DNA of 64,000 bases from assembly GCA_963778655.1 (NCBI GenBank), contig CAVZVA010000010.1, positions 1,024,001 to 1,088,000 of the forward strand, given 5' to 3'. Shown here piece after piece: positions 41,128 through 51,530 of this stretch. Source of the DNA: an uncultured delta proteobacterium (GTDB taxonomy: Bacteria; Myxococcota_A; Polyangia; Polyangiales; JAFGIB01). The translations under genes and the position numbers were made by a program. How positions within the stretch are numbered: the first letter of the stretch is position 1; the number at the start of each line of letters is the position of its first letter. The notes beneath the pieces are model-generated. The model worked only from the letters and a program-made list of their open reading frames with translations, was not told the origin of the DNA and searched no databases.

Positions 41128-43704
41128 CTACGGCCTAGCCAGCACCAGCTGCATCATCTCTCGGGCGACCATCGGCCCCGCGTTCTGGTTCTGGCCGGTG
41201 ACGAGGTTGCCGTCGACCACCCAGTGATTCGCGAGCGGGTCGCGCAAGCGCGTGGCCGACTCGAAGCGCGCGCCCATCCGGCGCAGCTCGGTCTCGGGGT
41301 GGTGGGGCGTCGACTCGATGCCCAGCTCGCGCACCTGCTTGTCGGTCACCGCGGTCACGCGCCGGCCTTCCAGCAGCGGGCGTCCGTCCGGGGTGAGGGC
41401 GTTGCGAAGGCCGAGCGGGCCGTGACATACGCCGCCGAGGATTGTGCCGAGCGCGTTGGCCTCGGTGATCTTGCGCGCCAGCGCCTCCGAGAAACCGAAG
41501 TCGAAGGCCGCGCCCCAGCCGCCCGCGAGGTACACCAGGTCGTAGTCGCGCACGTCGAGCGTGCCCACGTCGAGCGAGCCTGCCAGCTTGCCGCGCAGCA
41601 CCGCGTCGGCCAGGAAGCGATCGTCGGCGTCGGTGCGCACCACCGGCCGCAGCGACAACGGGTCCACCGGAATGACGCCGCCTGCGGGGCTGGCCAGGTC
41701 GACCGCCATGCCGGCGTCGAGGAACGCGTAATAGGGTACGGTCATCTCCGAGGCGAACACGCCCGTGGGCTTGCCGATGTCGAGCACGCCGTGGTTGGTG
41801 CAGACGATCAGCGCGCGGCGGCCGCGCAGGTCGAACAACGCGCCGGAGCGATCGGCAGGGTGCAGACCGAGCCGCTGCAACCCCTTGCGTAGCAGGCGCG
41901 CCGGCAGCCGCGGCCGCGCCTGCGCGCGCGGCGGCCCGGCGTGCGCTCGCCGCGCGGCGTAGGGCCACGGGTGGTTGCGCGCGGGCACCAGCCGCACCCG
42001 CTCTTCGCGCAGACGTTGCTGCAGCCAAGCCAGCACCGCCGCGTGCTCGGGATCGCGCGCGCGGTTGTGGGCTTCGAGCGGATCGGCGTCGAGGTCGTAG
42101 AGCTCCCAGGCGTCGGCCAGCGGCGTGCTGCGGTACAGGTCGCCACCGGGCCCGCGCGCGGCGAGCTGGCGCACGCCCGGCTCGGTCCAGGTCGCAGGAT
42201 CATCGAAGCTGCGCACCAGCTTCCACAGGTGACCGCTCCCGCCTGCGGCGTCCGCCCCTGGCACCACGGCCACCAGACCCTCGAAGTTGGCGCCGACGTG
42301 CGCCAGCGTCTGGATCCGCAGCGGTGCCGGAGGGCGCTGCGTGAGCCCTAGTTGGCGCGCCAGGCGCGAGGCCCCGCTGTCGCCTTCGAGCACGTTGTCG
42401 CGCGTCATCATGTACACGGCGCGGCCGGTGCTCGGCGGCTCGCCCTGCTCGACCAGCGGCATCAGGTCTCGCCCGGGCAGCGGGTGCAGCTCGCTGAACG
42501 ACGGCTGCAGCCGCGCGGCCAGCTCGGCCTGGCTCAAGCCCGCGGCCGACAGCAGCGTGGGCAGCACATCCACGTGCGAGCTGGGCGTGCGGGTGATGGT
42601 CGCAGCGGTGGTGAGCTTGTCCCCGATGCGCACCAGGTTGAACGGCACGCGCGCCGCCTCATCGTATAAGTTGAACCACTTCTGGTGCAGCCCGCCGTGG
42701 GCGCCCAGCAGCTCGCCGTGGTCGGAGCTGAGCACCAGCAGCGCGTGCTCCGAGCCGTGCTCGGTGACCGCGCGGCGCACCTGATCGATCGGGCCGTCGA
42801 CCTCGGCGTGCAGCCGGTAGTACAGGTCGCGGTAGGCTTGTTCGTTGCGCGCGTACAGCCGCGCCACCGCGCGCTCGGGCCCGTAGGCCGAGTAGTAGGC
42901 GTCGCGATAGGCGAGCTGCGCGGCGGGCTTGCTCTTGAGGTCCTCGTGGCGCGTGGGCGGCGCGGGCACGTGCGGCGGGTCGAGCCGCGAGGGCCCCAGC
43001 GGCTTCCAGCGCAGCCACGCCGGAAACAGCACGATGTCGTGCGGGTTGACGAAGCTCGCCACTAGCAGAAACGGCCGCAGCGCGTCTTCGTCGCCCGCTG
43101 CGCGGCGCGCGTAGCGATGCTGAAGCCACGCGACCACGCGCTCGGCCAGCAGCGGATCGCGGCGCACGCCCGCGTTGGAGAGCTTGGGGCCGTGCGGTTC
43201 GGGCCCGACCCAACCGGAGAACCCGTAGGCGTCGAGCGGGTCGGCGTCGAGATAGGCTTGTACGGCCCGCGCGATCACGGTGCCGTCGCCGGTGTTGGTG
43301 TCGAGCGACTCCCCGGTCGTGGGATCCTTCAGGTCCGCCTGGCTCAGGTGCCACTTGCCGTCGTAGTGCGTGTCGTAGCCGGCGGCGCGAAAGAAGTGCC
43401 CGAGCGTCGGCACCTCCCCCTTGCGCAGCCAGCGCATGCGCGAATCGTCGGCCGCTTTGCCCAGCCCGTCGGTCTGCGTGACGCCGTGCACGTCCGGATA
43501 CTGGCCGGTGAAGAGCGTGGGCCGGCTCGGCGCACACGCGAGCGAGCCGGTGTAGTGGCGCTCGAAGGACACGCCGTTCTGCGCGAACCAGCGCCGCCCG
43601 CCCAGGGTCGCGTCGCGCCAGCGAGCCAGCGCCTGACTTTCGTAGGGCGGGATCGCGCGCTCCTCGTCGGTGAGGATGATGACGATATCCGGCCGCAGCG
43701 TCAT
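41128..43704 (-). CDS. Cys-type sulfatase fused to a DJ-1/PfpI (Hsp31-like) domain
   Basis: PDIVIILTDE, CAPSR..LFTG, GKWH, NPHD, SSDHG; C-terminal TGVFASEMTVPY, AGGWG, GVCHG, LVTGQN. Confidence 0.9.
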   Translation of the reverse strand: MTLRPDIVIILTDEERAIPPYESQALARWRDATLGGRRWFAQNGVSFERHYTGSLACAPSRPTLFTGQYPDVHGVTQTDGLGKAADDSRMRWLRKGEVPTLGHFFRAAGYDTHYDGKWHLSQADLKDPTTGESLDTNTGDGTVIARAVQAYLDADPLDAYGFSGWVGPEPHGPKLSNAGVRRDPLLAERVVAWLQHRYARRAAGDEDALRPFLLVASFVNPHDIVLFPAWLRWKPLGPSRLDPPHVPAPPTRHEDLKSKPAAQLAYRDAYYSAYGPERAVARLYARNEQAYRDLYYRLHAEVDGPIDQVRRAVTEHGSEHALLVLSSDHGELLGAHGGLHQKWFNLYDEAARVPFNLVRIGDKLTTAATITRTPSSHVDVLPTLLSAAGLSQAELAARLQPSFSELHPLPGRDLMPLVEQGEPPSTGRAVYMMTRDNVLEGDSGASRLARQLGLTQRPPAPLRIQTLAHVGANFEGLVAVVPGADAAGGSGHLWKLVRSFDDPATWTEPGVRQLAARGPGGDLYRSTPLADAWELYDLDADPLEAHNRARDPEHAAVLAWLQQRLREERVRLVPARNHPWPYAARRAHAGPPRAQARPRLPARLLRKGLQRLGLHPADRSGALFDLRGRRALIVCTNHGVLDIGKPTGVFASEMTVPYYAFLDAGMAVDLASPAGGVIPVDPLSLRPVVRTDADDRFLADAVLRGKLAGSLDVGTLDVRDYDLVYLAGGWGAAFDFGFSEALARKITEANALGTILGGVCHGPLGLRNALTPDGRPLLEGRRVTAVTDKQVRELGIESTPHHPETELRRMGARFESATRLRDPLANHWVVDGNLVTGQNQNAGPMVAREMMQLVLARP

Positions 43705-44168
43705 GCGCGCTCGGGCGTTCCCCCACGCCGCGCATGGTGCTCGGCAAGCCCGTCGAGCAGCTGGTCCGCCACGCGGGAAAGCACCCGCGCGAGCACCGCG
43801 GCCACCAGCCGGCCGGCCAGGCTGCGGCCGGGATCGAGGGTGCTGCTCAGCGTCGCCCGTGTGTCGCCCGCGGCCGGCGCCAGCTCCCAGCGGTTGATCA
43901 CCTCGCCCGCGATCTTGGGCAGGCCCACCAGCGAATACGCGAGCCGTACCGGCGGCTCCCACTCGGTGACGGTCTCGAGCAACGTCACACGTCCGGACTG
44001 CACCCTGCGCGTGGTGCCGGGGCCTTCGGTGGACGCGGTGGTGTACGACGCGTGGGTGATGTTCTTGGCCCAGCGGCTGATCTGATCAAAGGCAGCCAGC
44101 GTGGCGAACACCTCTTCCGGAGGCGCGGCGATGAGCCGCGAGCGGCTGACCCGTGTGAGCGCGCTCAT
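43701..44168 (-). CDS. SRPBCC (polyketide cyclase/dehydrase-like) protein
   Basis: IAAPPEEVF..LA.F..ISRW, GPGTTR, ETVTEWEPP.RLAY; overlaps the sulfatase start by 4 nt. Confidence 0.85.
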   Translation of the reverse strand: MSALTRVSRSRLIAAPPEEVFATLAAFDQISRWAKNITHASYTTASTEGPGTTRRVQSGRVTLLETVTEWEPPVRLAYSLVGLPKIAGEVINRWELAPAAGDTRATLSSTLDPGRSLAGRLVAAVLARVLSRVADQLLDGLAEHHARRGGTPERA

Positions 44169-44295
44169 GGTGACAGCGGGTAGAAGGTTCGCGGCGAGCT
44201 TGGCTTGTGCATGGCACCAACTTGTAGCATCGGGCCTGCGTGCTTCCCAGCAGGGCCGCCTGATCGCGCCCGCGAAATTTGGTGTACAACGTGCC

Positions 44296-45195
44296 ATGGG
44301 CAGCGCACCCGCCAGCTCCAGCAGCATGTCGCCGCTCACACAGGCCTGGGCGAGCTCTGGACGCCACCTCGAGGCCGCGGGCCATCGCCTGTTCGTGGTC
44401 GAGCGCGGCGCCGGGCCGGTGCTGGTGTTGGTGCACGGCTTTCCCACCTCGAGCTACGACTATCGCCAGCTGCTCGAGCGGCTGGCACCGCGCTTCCGCT
44501 GCATCGCGTTCGACTTTCCCGGCTACGGGCTCTCGGACAAGCCCGAGGCGTACAGCTACTCGCTGCTGCAGCAGGCCGATGCCATGGAGGCGCTGCTGCG
44601 CGTGCTCGGCGTGAGCGAGGCGCGCGTGCTCTGTCACGACATGGGCACGAGCGTGCTGTGCGAGCTACTCGCGCGACAGGACGAAGGCCGGCTCGGCTTC
44701 CGCCTGACACACGTCACCTTCACCAACGGCAGCATGTTGCAGTGGATGGCGGCGATCACGCCGTTTCAGAAGCTGCTCGCGGCGAACGAAACCTTGCCCG
44801 AGGCGATCGAGCTGTGCGCGGGGATCCGCGATCTGATGGTGCCCGGCCTGCGTGCGCTCACCCGCCGGCCCGATGCGATTACGCCCGACGATGAGGTCGT
44901 GATCCGCGACTTGCTGATGCACGGGGACGGTCACCTGCGTCTGCCCGCGATCGCGGGCTACATGCGCGAGCGCTACGTGCACAAGCAGCGCTGGATCGGC
45001 GCGCTCACCCGCAACGCCGGCCTGACTTCGCTGGTGTGGGCGACCGAGGACCCGATCGCGAACCTGGCCATGGGCCGCGAGCTGCACGCGCTGCTGCCGG
45101 CTGCGCCGTACGTCGAGCTCGAAGGCGTGGGGCACTTCGTGATCTTCGAGGATCCGGAGCGCGTCGCCGCGGCGGTGCTCGCCCAGGCGAGCTGA
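44296..45195 (+). CDS. Alpha/beta hydrolase (MEST/epoxide-hydrolase-like)
   Basis: VHGFPTSSYD, DFPGYGLSDKP, CHDMG (Asp nucleophile), EDP, VGHF. Confidence 0.9.
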   Translation: MGSAPASSSSMSPLTQAWASSGRHLEAAGHRLFVVERGAGPVLVLVHGFPTSSYDYRQLLERLAPRFRCIAFDFPGYGLSDKPEAYSYSLLQQADAMEALLRVLGVSEARVLCHDMGTSVLCELLARQDEGRLGFRLTHVTFTNGSMLQWMAAITPFQKLLAANETLPEAIELCAGIRDLMVPGLRALTRRPDAITPDDEVVIRDLLMHGDGHLRLPAIAGYMRERYVHKQRWIGALTRNAGLTSLVWATEDPIANLAMGRELHALLPAAPYVELEGVGHFVIFEDPERVAAAVLAQAS

Positions 45196-45295
45196 GCGCG
45201 CTGGCCCGGGCCCGGTGCGGGGTCGCCAAAGAGACGGCGAAGGGGCGCTTGCCGTCCACCCGGCCTGGGTCAAAACCGGCCCTGCTTCGTCGCGG

Positions 45296-46207
45296 CTACG
45301 GTAGCTTGCCGCCTTCGTACAGCCAGCGCAGCGCGGCCTCGTCGCTGACGATGCGCGAGCCGAATGCGCGCAGGTCCGCGGCGATCTCGGCGGTCATGCC
45401 GTCTTCGTGCGCCGCGCCGGCCTTGCCCTTGCGAACCATCCCACCCGACTCGAGCAGCGGCACCGAGGTGAAGGGATGGTTCTCGAACTTGATTTCGTGC
45501 TCCTTCATCCACTTGAAGGACGCGTAGGCCTCGATCTTGGCCCACTGGGACGCGCCGGGCTCGATGCCCAGAAAGCCGGCGACCTTGCGCAGCGAGCCCA
45601 CCAAGTCCTTCTTCATGTCGGCGAAGTGCATGAGCAGGACGTTGGGCTCGTGGCGTAGCGGCCACCACGACGCGAGGAAGCCGAACAGCGCTCCCTGCAT
45701 CCCCCGGGGCTCGAGCACCTCGCGATAGAAGCTCGGGAAGTCCGGGCGCGTCATCGCGGCCTTGGGCACTTGCCACATGGCGTAGAACGCATCGGTGTGC
45801 TTTTCGAGGAAGAGCTTGAGCGAGACCAGCGCTTCCTCGGGGTTGCGTGACACCGCGATGTACTTGACGTCCTTGCCGCTTCCTGCCTTGATGAACGGCA
45901 GCTGCGGTGGCGCCGAGTGGCTCTTGAAGGCGCGGCGCGTGCCGGCGGGCATCGCCTCAAGGCGCGCCAGCACCTCCTGTTGCGGCTGGCCCGGGCGTTC
46001 CACGAATTCCGGCCACGGCACCACCCGATAGATGCTGTCGAAGTCAGGGTCGCCTCCGGTCAGCAGCTGGTGCACGATGTTCATCATCCAGTTGGTGCCG
46101 CTCTTGACCGGCACCGAGATCCAGATGTCGCCGTCGCGGGCGACCACGCCGTGCTGCCACTCGGGATTGATCCACGGGGGCATGCCCCCAGCTGGCGGTC
46201 CACTCAT
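45296..46207 (-). CDS. PAPS-dependent sulfotransferase (Sulfotransfer_1-like)
   Basis: RDGDIWIS, KSGTNW 5'-phosphosulfate loop, KSH, RNPEEALVS, F.DMK.D, RKG. Confidence 0.88.
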   Translation of the reverse strand: MSGPPAGGMPPWINPEWQHGVVARDGDIWISVPVKSGTNWMMNIVHQLLTGGDPDFDSIYRVVPWPEFVERPGQPQQEVLARLEAMPAGTRRAFKSHSAPPQLPFIKAGSGKDVKYIAVSRNPEEALVSLKLFLEKHTDAFYAMWQVPKAAMTRPDFPSFYREVLEPRGMQGALFGFLASWWPLRHEPNVLLMHFADMKKDLVGSLRKVAGFLGIEPGASQWAKIEAYASFKWMKEHEIKFENHPFTSVPLLESGGMVRKGKAGAAHEDGMTAEIAADLRAFGSRIVSDEAALRWLYEGGKLP

Positions 46208-46461
46208 CGTCTTGCTCCCTTCGTATGGCCGGCTCCAGGCGCCGGAGCTGCTCATGATCGAGCACACCACCGCCAGCGGCAAGGGAGCACGTAGTATTGC
46301 CCCGGCCGCCATGTGGCAAGGCGCTGCCGGGCGGCGATGCGGGCGCCCGCTGCGCAGTGAGTTGCCGGCCGCGCGCTTCTCGGCCGCCGGCTGCGGCTGC
46401 TGCGGGCGGCGGATTCACATCGCGCGGGTCAGGCGGGCGGGCTGTGGTAGGCTCTGGCGCC

Positions 46462-47565
46462 GTGTCAGGCCGCCCGCATCGAGCCCGCCCGCAGATCGTG
46501 CTGGTCGTCCCGTTTGTGCTGGCGGCCGCGGCTGCCGCGGCCCCGGCCCGGGCTCAGAGCGACAATCAGGCCCGGGCCGAGGCCAAGACCGCATTCGAGC
46601 ACGGGGTGGCCGACTACGAGGCGGGTCGCTACGAGCAAGCGCTGCAGAGCTTCCAGGAGGCCTACCGCTTGCGGCCACACCCGCTGGTCAACGTCAACAT
46701 CGCCAACTGCTACGACAAGCTGAACAAGCCAGTGCAGGCGCTCTCCCACTTCCAGCAGTTCCTGAGCTCGGACATCGGCACGCCCGAGCAACGCAACGAG
46801 GTGACCACCGCGGTCGCCCGGCTCAAGCAACAGGTCGGCGAAATCCTGCTTCGCATCAGCCCCGAGGGCGCCACGGTGGTGATAGACCAAGGCGAAGCGC
46901 GGCAAGCGCCCCTGACCGAGCCGGTCGAGCTGGAGGCGGGCAAGCACACGATCGAGGTGCGCTTGCAGGGCTATCGCGGCGCCGAGCGCATGCTCTTCAT
47001 CAAGGGCGGCACCACGCTCGAGCTCACGATCGCGCTTCAGCCCGAGGCCGGCACCGAGGCCGCGCCCGTGGCCGCTGCCGAGGCCGCGCAGCCGGAAGCC
47101 CAGAGCCCGCCGGTGCCCGCGCCTGCCCCGCTTGAGCCCGAAGCCGCGCCGCCCAGCGAGGCCGCCGCCGCGCCCGCCGCCGCGCACGGCCGCCCGGTGC
47201 CGATCGGCGTGTGGGTGACCGGAGGCCTGGCGGTCGTGCTCACCGCCACCGCGGTGGTGACCGGCTCGCTGGCGCTCAAGGCCAACAGCGACTTCCAAAC
47301 CCAGCGCACTGGCCGCTTCGATCCCAACGCGACCGCCCTGGAGCGCATCGTCAGCTTCAACAACGCCCAGGATGCGGCCTCGCGCGCGCGCGCCCTGGCG
47401 CTGACGACCGACATCCTGCTGGCCGGCGCCGCGGTCTGCGGTGCGGTCACCGTGGTGCTGCTGGTCAACCGCGCCCATTCCGGCGAGGCCGACACGCCGG
47501 CCGCCCGCCTGAGCCCGATGCTCGGCCGCGACGGCGGCGGTCTGGCGCTTCACGCGCAGTTCTAG
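46462..47565 (+). CDS. TPR plus PEGA domain protein
   Basis: Signal-like segment; A..F..G...Y..GRYEQAL..F.EAY TPR; PEGATVVID...GKHTIEVRLQGY; hydrophobic C-terminal part. Start uncertain. Confidence 0.85.
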   Translation: MSGRPHRARPQIVLVVPFVLAAAAAAAPARAQSDNQARAEAKTAFEHGVADYEAGRYEQALQSFQEAYRLRPHPLVNVNIANCYDKLNKPVQALSHFQQFLSSDIGTPEQRNEVTTAVARLKQQVGEILLRISPEGATVVIDQGEARQAPLTEPVELEAGKHTIEVRLQGYRGAERMLFIKGGTTLELTIALQPEAGTEAAPVAAAEAAQPEAQSPPVPAPAPLEPEAAPPSEAAAAPAAAHGRPVPIGVWVTGGLAVVLTATAVVTGSLALKANSDFQTQRTGRFDPNATALERIVSFNNAQDAASRARALALTTDILLAGAAVCGAVTVVLLVNRAHSGEADTPAARLSPMLGRDGGGLALHAQF

Positions 47566-47598
47566 CGAGGCTGCGCCCCAGACCCACGAGATCCCTGC

Positions 47599-47626
47599 TC
47601 TTCCCCGTCTTGCCGCCTTCCTGTGA
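47599..47626. repeat. Half copy of the REP-like family
   Basis: TCTTCCCCGTCTTGCCGCCTTCCTGTGA between convergent genes. Confidence 0.6.
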
Positions 47627-47665
47627 GATCCGATCGGCGCCGCGGCTCACCCGGCGCGCTCGGGC

Positions 47666-48991
47666 TCACAGGCCGAATTCGCCTTGCTCCAGGAGCTCGA
47701 CGACGCGGTGCAGGAAGCCGTTGGCCGCTACCCCGTCGACCACGCGGTGGTCGTACGACAGCGCCATGTACATCACCGGATGGATCGCCATCATGTCCTC
47801 GCCGTCGTGCTCGACCACAACCACGCGCTTCTTGATCTCACCGACGCGCAGAATGCCGACGTTGGGTTGCGAGATGATCGCACCGCCGACCATGTTGCCC
47901 AGACGGCCGGGGTTGCTGATGGTGAAGGTCTTGCTCGCCAGGTCGTCGGGGCTGAGCGTGCCTTCGCGCGCCTTGAGCGCGAGCGCATCGATCGCGCGCG
48001 CCAGCCCGCGCACGGTCAGCTCGTCGGCGTGGCGCACCACCGGGACCACCAGCCCATCCTCGGTGTCCACCGCGATGCCGAGGTTGATCTCGCTGATCAA
48101 CACGTACGAGTCCTCGAGCATGCGCGCATTCATCACGCGGTGCTCGTGCAGCGCCCGCGTGGTGGCCGACGCCACGAAGGCCAGCATGGTGAGGTTCACA
48201 CCTTCGGCCTTGAGCCGGTCCTTGTTTGCGCGGCGCAACTTGTCGGTGTTGTGCAGATCGCACTCGGCGAAGGTGACGACGTGTGGCGCCGTCAGCTTCG
48301 AGTACACCATGTGATCGGCGATGATGCGCCGTCGCCGCGAGAGCGGCACCACCTCGTCGCCCGGACGCGGCACGTACGGCGGCAGCCGAAATGCGCCCGA
48401 GGGGGCCGCGGCGGCTTGCGCTGGGGGGGACGGCGGCTGCCGCGCGGGTGCCGGCGTGGTAGGGGGTCGGGGCTCGGAGCTGCGCGGCACGGCCGCCCGC
48501 AGCACGTCGTCGCGCGTCACCCGCCCGCCGTCGCCGCTGCCCTCGAGCTGTTGCAGGTCCACGCCCTGCTCGCGCGCGAGCTTGCGCACCGAGGGCGAGG
48601 ACGGCGGCGGCGCCGACGAGGACGCGCTCGGCTTGCGGCCGTTGCCCGGTACGGCCGAGGCCACCTGGGCCGTGCTCGCTGTGCTCGCCGCGCCCCGCGC
48701 GCTCGCGCGTGGCGCCGGGGGCCGTTCGGCCGCAGCCTCCGACCGCGCGGCCGCCTCGCCCAGCTCGCACAGCGCGCCTCCGACCGCGATCGTGTCGCCC
48801 TCGGCGGCGAGGATCTTTGTGACCACGCCGGCTTCCGGCGCCGGCACCTCGCTGTCCGCCTTGTCCGTCAGGATCTCCACCAGCGGTTGGTCCCGCTCAA
48901 TCTGCTGGCCTACTTGCACCAGCCACTTGCCGACCGTGCCCTCGACAACGCTTTCGCCGAGCGACGGCATCCGGACCGTGGTGCTTGACAT
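47666..48991 (-). CDS. Dihydrolipoamide acyltransferase (E2) of a 2-oxoacid dehydrogenase
   Basis: Lipoyl domain (TDKADSEVP), E3-binding SPSVRKLARE.GVDL, catalytic SYDHRVVDG. Confidence 0.95.
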   Translation of the reverse strand: MSSTTVRMPSLGESVVEGTVGKWLVQVGQQIERDQPLVEILTDKADSEVPAPEAGVVTKILAAEGDTIAVGGALCELGEAAARSEAAAERPPAPRASARGAASTASTAQVASAVPGNGRKPSASSSAPPPSSPSVRKLAREQGVDLQQLEGSGDGGRVTRDDVLRAAVPRSSEPRPPTTPAPARQPPSPPAQAAAAPSGAFRLPPYVPRPGDEVVPLSRRRRIIADHMVYSKLTAPHVVTFAECDLHNTDKLRRANKDRLKAEGVNLTMLAFVASATTRALHEHRVMNARMLEDSYVLISEINLGIAVDTEDGLVVPVVRHADELTVRGLARAIDALALKAREGTLSPDDLASKTFTISNPGRLGNMVGGAIISQPNVGILRVGEIKKRVVVVEHDGEDMMAIHPVMYMALSYDHRVVDGVAANGFLHRVVELLEQGEFGL

Positions 48992-49223
48992 CGGGCTCCT
49001 CCGCGGCAGTGGGTGGGATCTGTACCGCCCCTGGGCCCCGGTGTGCAACAAGCCGGATCGGTTGCGCGCCTCGGACGCGGCGGCCATGCTTGCCGCGGAC
49101 GCGCGCGCGTCCGCCGGCCGTGCGCGCCTGCCGCCCCGTGCCTTGCGGGGTCACGCCTCGAAACAATCGCGCCGCGTGTTCGCGCGGGCGCCCGACCCGC
49201 GAAACGGGTACGCTGGCGTTGCC

Positions 49224-49427
49224 GTGGCCGACCTCGAAGAGCTAGCCGTCAAACGCGATCGGGGCTACCTCGTTCGCCTGATCGTGTTTCTCGCGCTGAG
49301 CGTGCTGGCATCGGTGTTCATCTGGAAGGGCCTGACTGGCGAGGGCACTTCGGGCTGTGTGGCCAACGCGTTTCTCGGTCAACAGCCGGCGCCTGCCACG
49401 CCGGGACCGCGGCCCAGTCAGCCCTGA
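49224..49427 (+). CDS. Small single-pass membrane protein (67 aa)
   Basis: GTG start; ADLEELAVKRDRGYLVRLIVFLALSVLASVFIWKG. Confidence 0.6.
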   Translation: MADLEELAVKRDRGYLVRLIVFLALSVLASVFIWKGLTGEGTSGCVANAFLGQQPAPATPGPRPSQP

Positions 49428-49571
49428 GTCGGGTCGCGCACGGGCTTGCGCCAGCCGTACGAGGTATCCCGCGTTACGTCGCCTCCGTTCATGCGCGCAC
49501 CGTGTGCGCAGGGTGAGAGCCGGCGTCCGGCTGTTGCCACGGCCCGGCCCGGCCCTTCATCATCTAGAGGC

Positions 49572-51407
49572 GTGTCTCCGCCCGAGCCGAGCGCCGCTTG
49601 CGACGTGATCATTCTCGGCTTCGAGCCGCGCGCCGAGACCCCTGCCGCGCGGCTGCAACGCGTGTTCGGCCTCGATGCCGAGGCCGCCGCGCGCCTGGTC
49701 GCGCGCGTGCCGACCACAGTGCAGCGCGCGGTCTCGCCGGTGCGTGCCGAGTACTTCCGCCGCGCGCTCGCGCTGCTCGGCGCCGAGGTCGAGGTGCGCG
49801 ATCCACACGGCCGATTGATCGCGGCCAAGCCTTCGAGACCGCCGGCCGCGCCCGCGCCGTGGGTCGACGAGAACAGCCCGACCTCGCGCCCTCCTTCGGC
49901 CGCGCGCGCGTCGTCGGCCGCACCGGTTGCGCGCGCGGCCTCGGCTCCATCCCCAGCGTTCGCGCAAGCCGGCGACGCGCCGGCAGACGTACGGCCGCCC
50001 GCGCATCCGACCTTGCGCGAGGCGTCGTTCCCCGAGCCGCCGGCCGCAGCGAGACCCGTGCCCGTACGCGAGGCGCCCGCGGCGGCCGCAGCCGAGCCGA
50101 TCTGGGCGCGCGTGCCTTCGAGCGTGTGGGATCCTCCGGCCGCTGCCCAGCCCGCGCCGGCTGCCGCGCGCGCGCCGCGTGTAGCGCCGAACGTGTGGGA
50201 GCCTCCGGCGGACGTGGTCCAGGCGAGCGCGCTCGAGCCCCAGACGCAAGCGCCGCGCGCCGCCGCGCCCGCGCCGCCTAAGGCGCAGCCGCCACGCGTC
50301 GCCGCGGATTTCGATCTCGCTCGCTCGATCGCGGGCGACGTGCTGTGGCGCCCACCTGCGGCGCCCGCTTCGGAACGTGCACGTCCGCCCGCAGCGGCGA
50401 TCACGCTCGACTGCGACGACGCCGACGCCGCCCGGCCCGTGCTGCAACCCTGGGAGCAGCCGCGGCTCGCGTCGATGGCGGAGCCCGATCGGCTCCCCAC
50501 CAAGGCGTCCGCCGCGCGGGCCGCCGCCCGCCGCGCGCCTGCGGCTGCTGCGCCGATCGCGCTGCCACTCGCCGACGCTCCCGCGCGCGCGCCGCGCGCG
50601 CCCGAGCTGCGGCCGGCGAGCGTCGGCCTGGCACAGCCCCCGTCCACCGCCGGCTCGCTGTCGCGGCTCGATCTGCGCTCCTTCTGGGAGACGTTGGGCG
50701 AGGCGCTGGCCGTGCCGTTCAGCGGCCCGGGCGTGTACTGGCTCGGCGCCATCACGGCCTGGTCGGTGTTCGTGGGCGCGATCGACATGCTGGCTCGGTT
50801 CGCCCTGATCATTGGCAGCGTGGTGATGTTCTTCGCTCACACCTCGCTGCTGGCGCTGGCCTGCGACTACTACCGGGTTTGCCTGTGGACGCCGGTGAGC
50901 GGCGAGAAAGTGCTGGACACCGCGCCCAGCTTCGATCCGGTGCGCCTGCTCGAGCGCTATATCAAGTCGGGCGTGCATCTCTCGCTGTTCATCATCGTCT
51001 CGCAGGTGCCGCTGATCTGGTGGGTGGTCGACAAGGTGCTCGACAAGGTGCACCCGCTGGACATCCTGGCCGATCCGATCACCTGGCTGCTCGCCGTGCT
51101 GCCGTACTACTACTGGCCGATGGCGGTCGGCGTGGCCGCGCTCGGCAATAACTTCGGCGCGGTCTGGAACGTGGCGGCCGGCGTGCGGGCGATCGCGCGC
51201 GCGCCGCTGGAGTACACCGTGATCGTGGCGGTGGGCATCGCCGTGCTGGTGGGCTCGTGGGTAGGATTGCTGCTGTTCGGCTCGCTGTTCGGCGCGACCG
51301 GGGCGCTGCTGAGCGGCACGATCGGGCTTCCGCTTGCGCTCAGCCACGGCATCCAGGGCGCGTTGATGGGACATCTCGCCCGCGCCCGCGCCGAAGTCTT
51401 CGAGTAG
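49572..51407 (+). CDS. Membrane protein: small N-terminal globular domain, long Pro/Ala linker, multi-TM C-terminus
   Basis: Composition and hydropathy pattern; start uncertain. Confidence 0.7.
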   Translation: MSPPEPSAACDVIILGFEPRAETPAARLQRVFGLDAEAAARLVARVPTTVQRAVSPVRAEYFRRALALLGAEVEVRDPHGRLIAAKPSRPPAAPAPWVDENSPTSRPPSAARASSAAPVARAASAPSPAFAQAGDAPADVRPPAHPTLREASFPEPPAAARPVPVREAPAAAAAEPIWARVPSSVWDPPAAAQPAPAAARAPRVAPNVWEPPADVVQASALEPQTQAPRAAAPAPPKAQPPRVAADFDLARSIAGDVLWRPPAAPASERARPPAAAITLDCDDADAARPVLQPWEQPRLASMAEPDRLPTKASAARAAARRAPAAAAPIALPLADAPARAPRAPELRPASVGLAQPPSTAGSLSRLDLRSFWETLGEALAVPFSGPGVYWLGAITAWSVFVGAIDMLARFALIIGSVVMFFAHTSLLALACDYYRVCLWTPVSGEKVLDTAPSFDPVRLLERYIKSGVHLSLFIIVSQVPLIWWVVDKVLDKVHPLDILADPITWLLAVLPYYYWPMAVGVAALGNNFGAVWNVAAGVRAIARAPLEYTVIVAVGIAVLVGSWVGLLLFGSLFGATGALLSGTIGLPLALSHGIQGALMGHLARARAEVFE

Positions 51408-51530
51408 GCGCCGCGCGCGGGTGCCGGCCTGCGCGCGTTTCGGCGCGGCGGGCACTGGGCTATGGTGTGCGGGCGCGCAGGTGCGGAGGACGCACGAGCA
51501 CGGCCGGGATTGCGGGTGAGGGAGTTGGTG

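Noticed and set aside
44212..44226. Sigma54 promoter TGGCACCAACTTGTA
   Set aside because: Spacing is one base short and there is no GC at -12.
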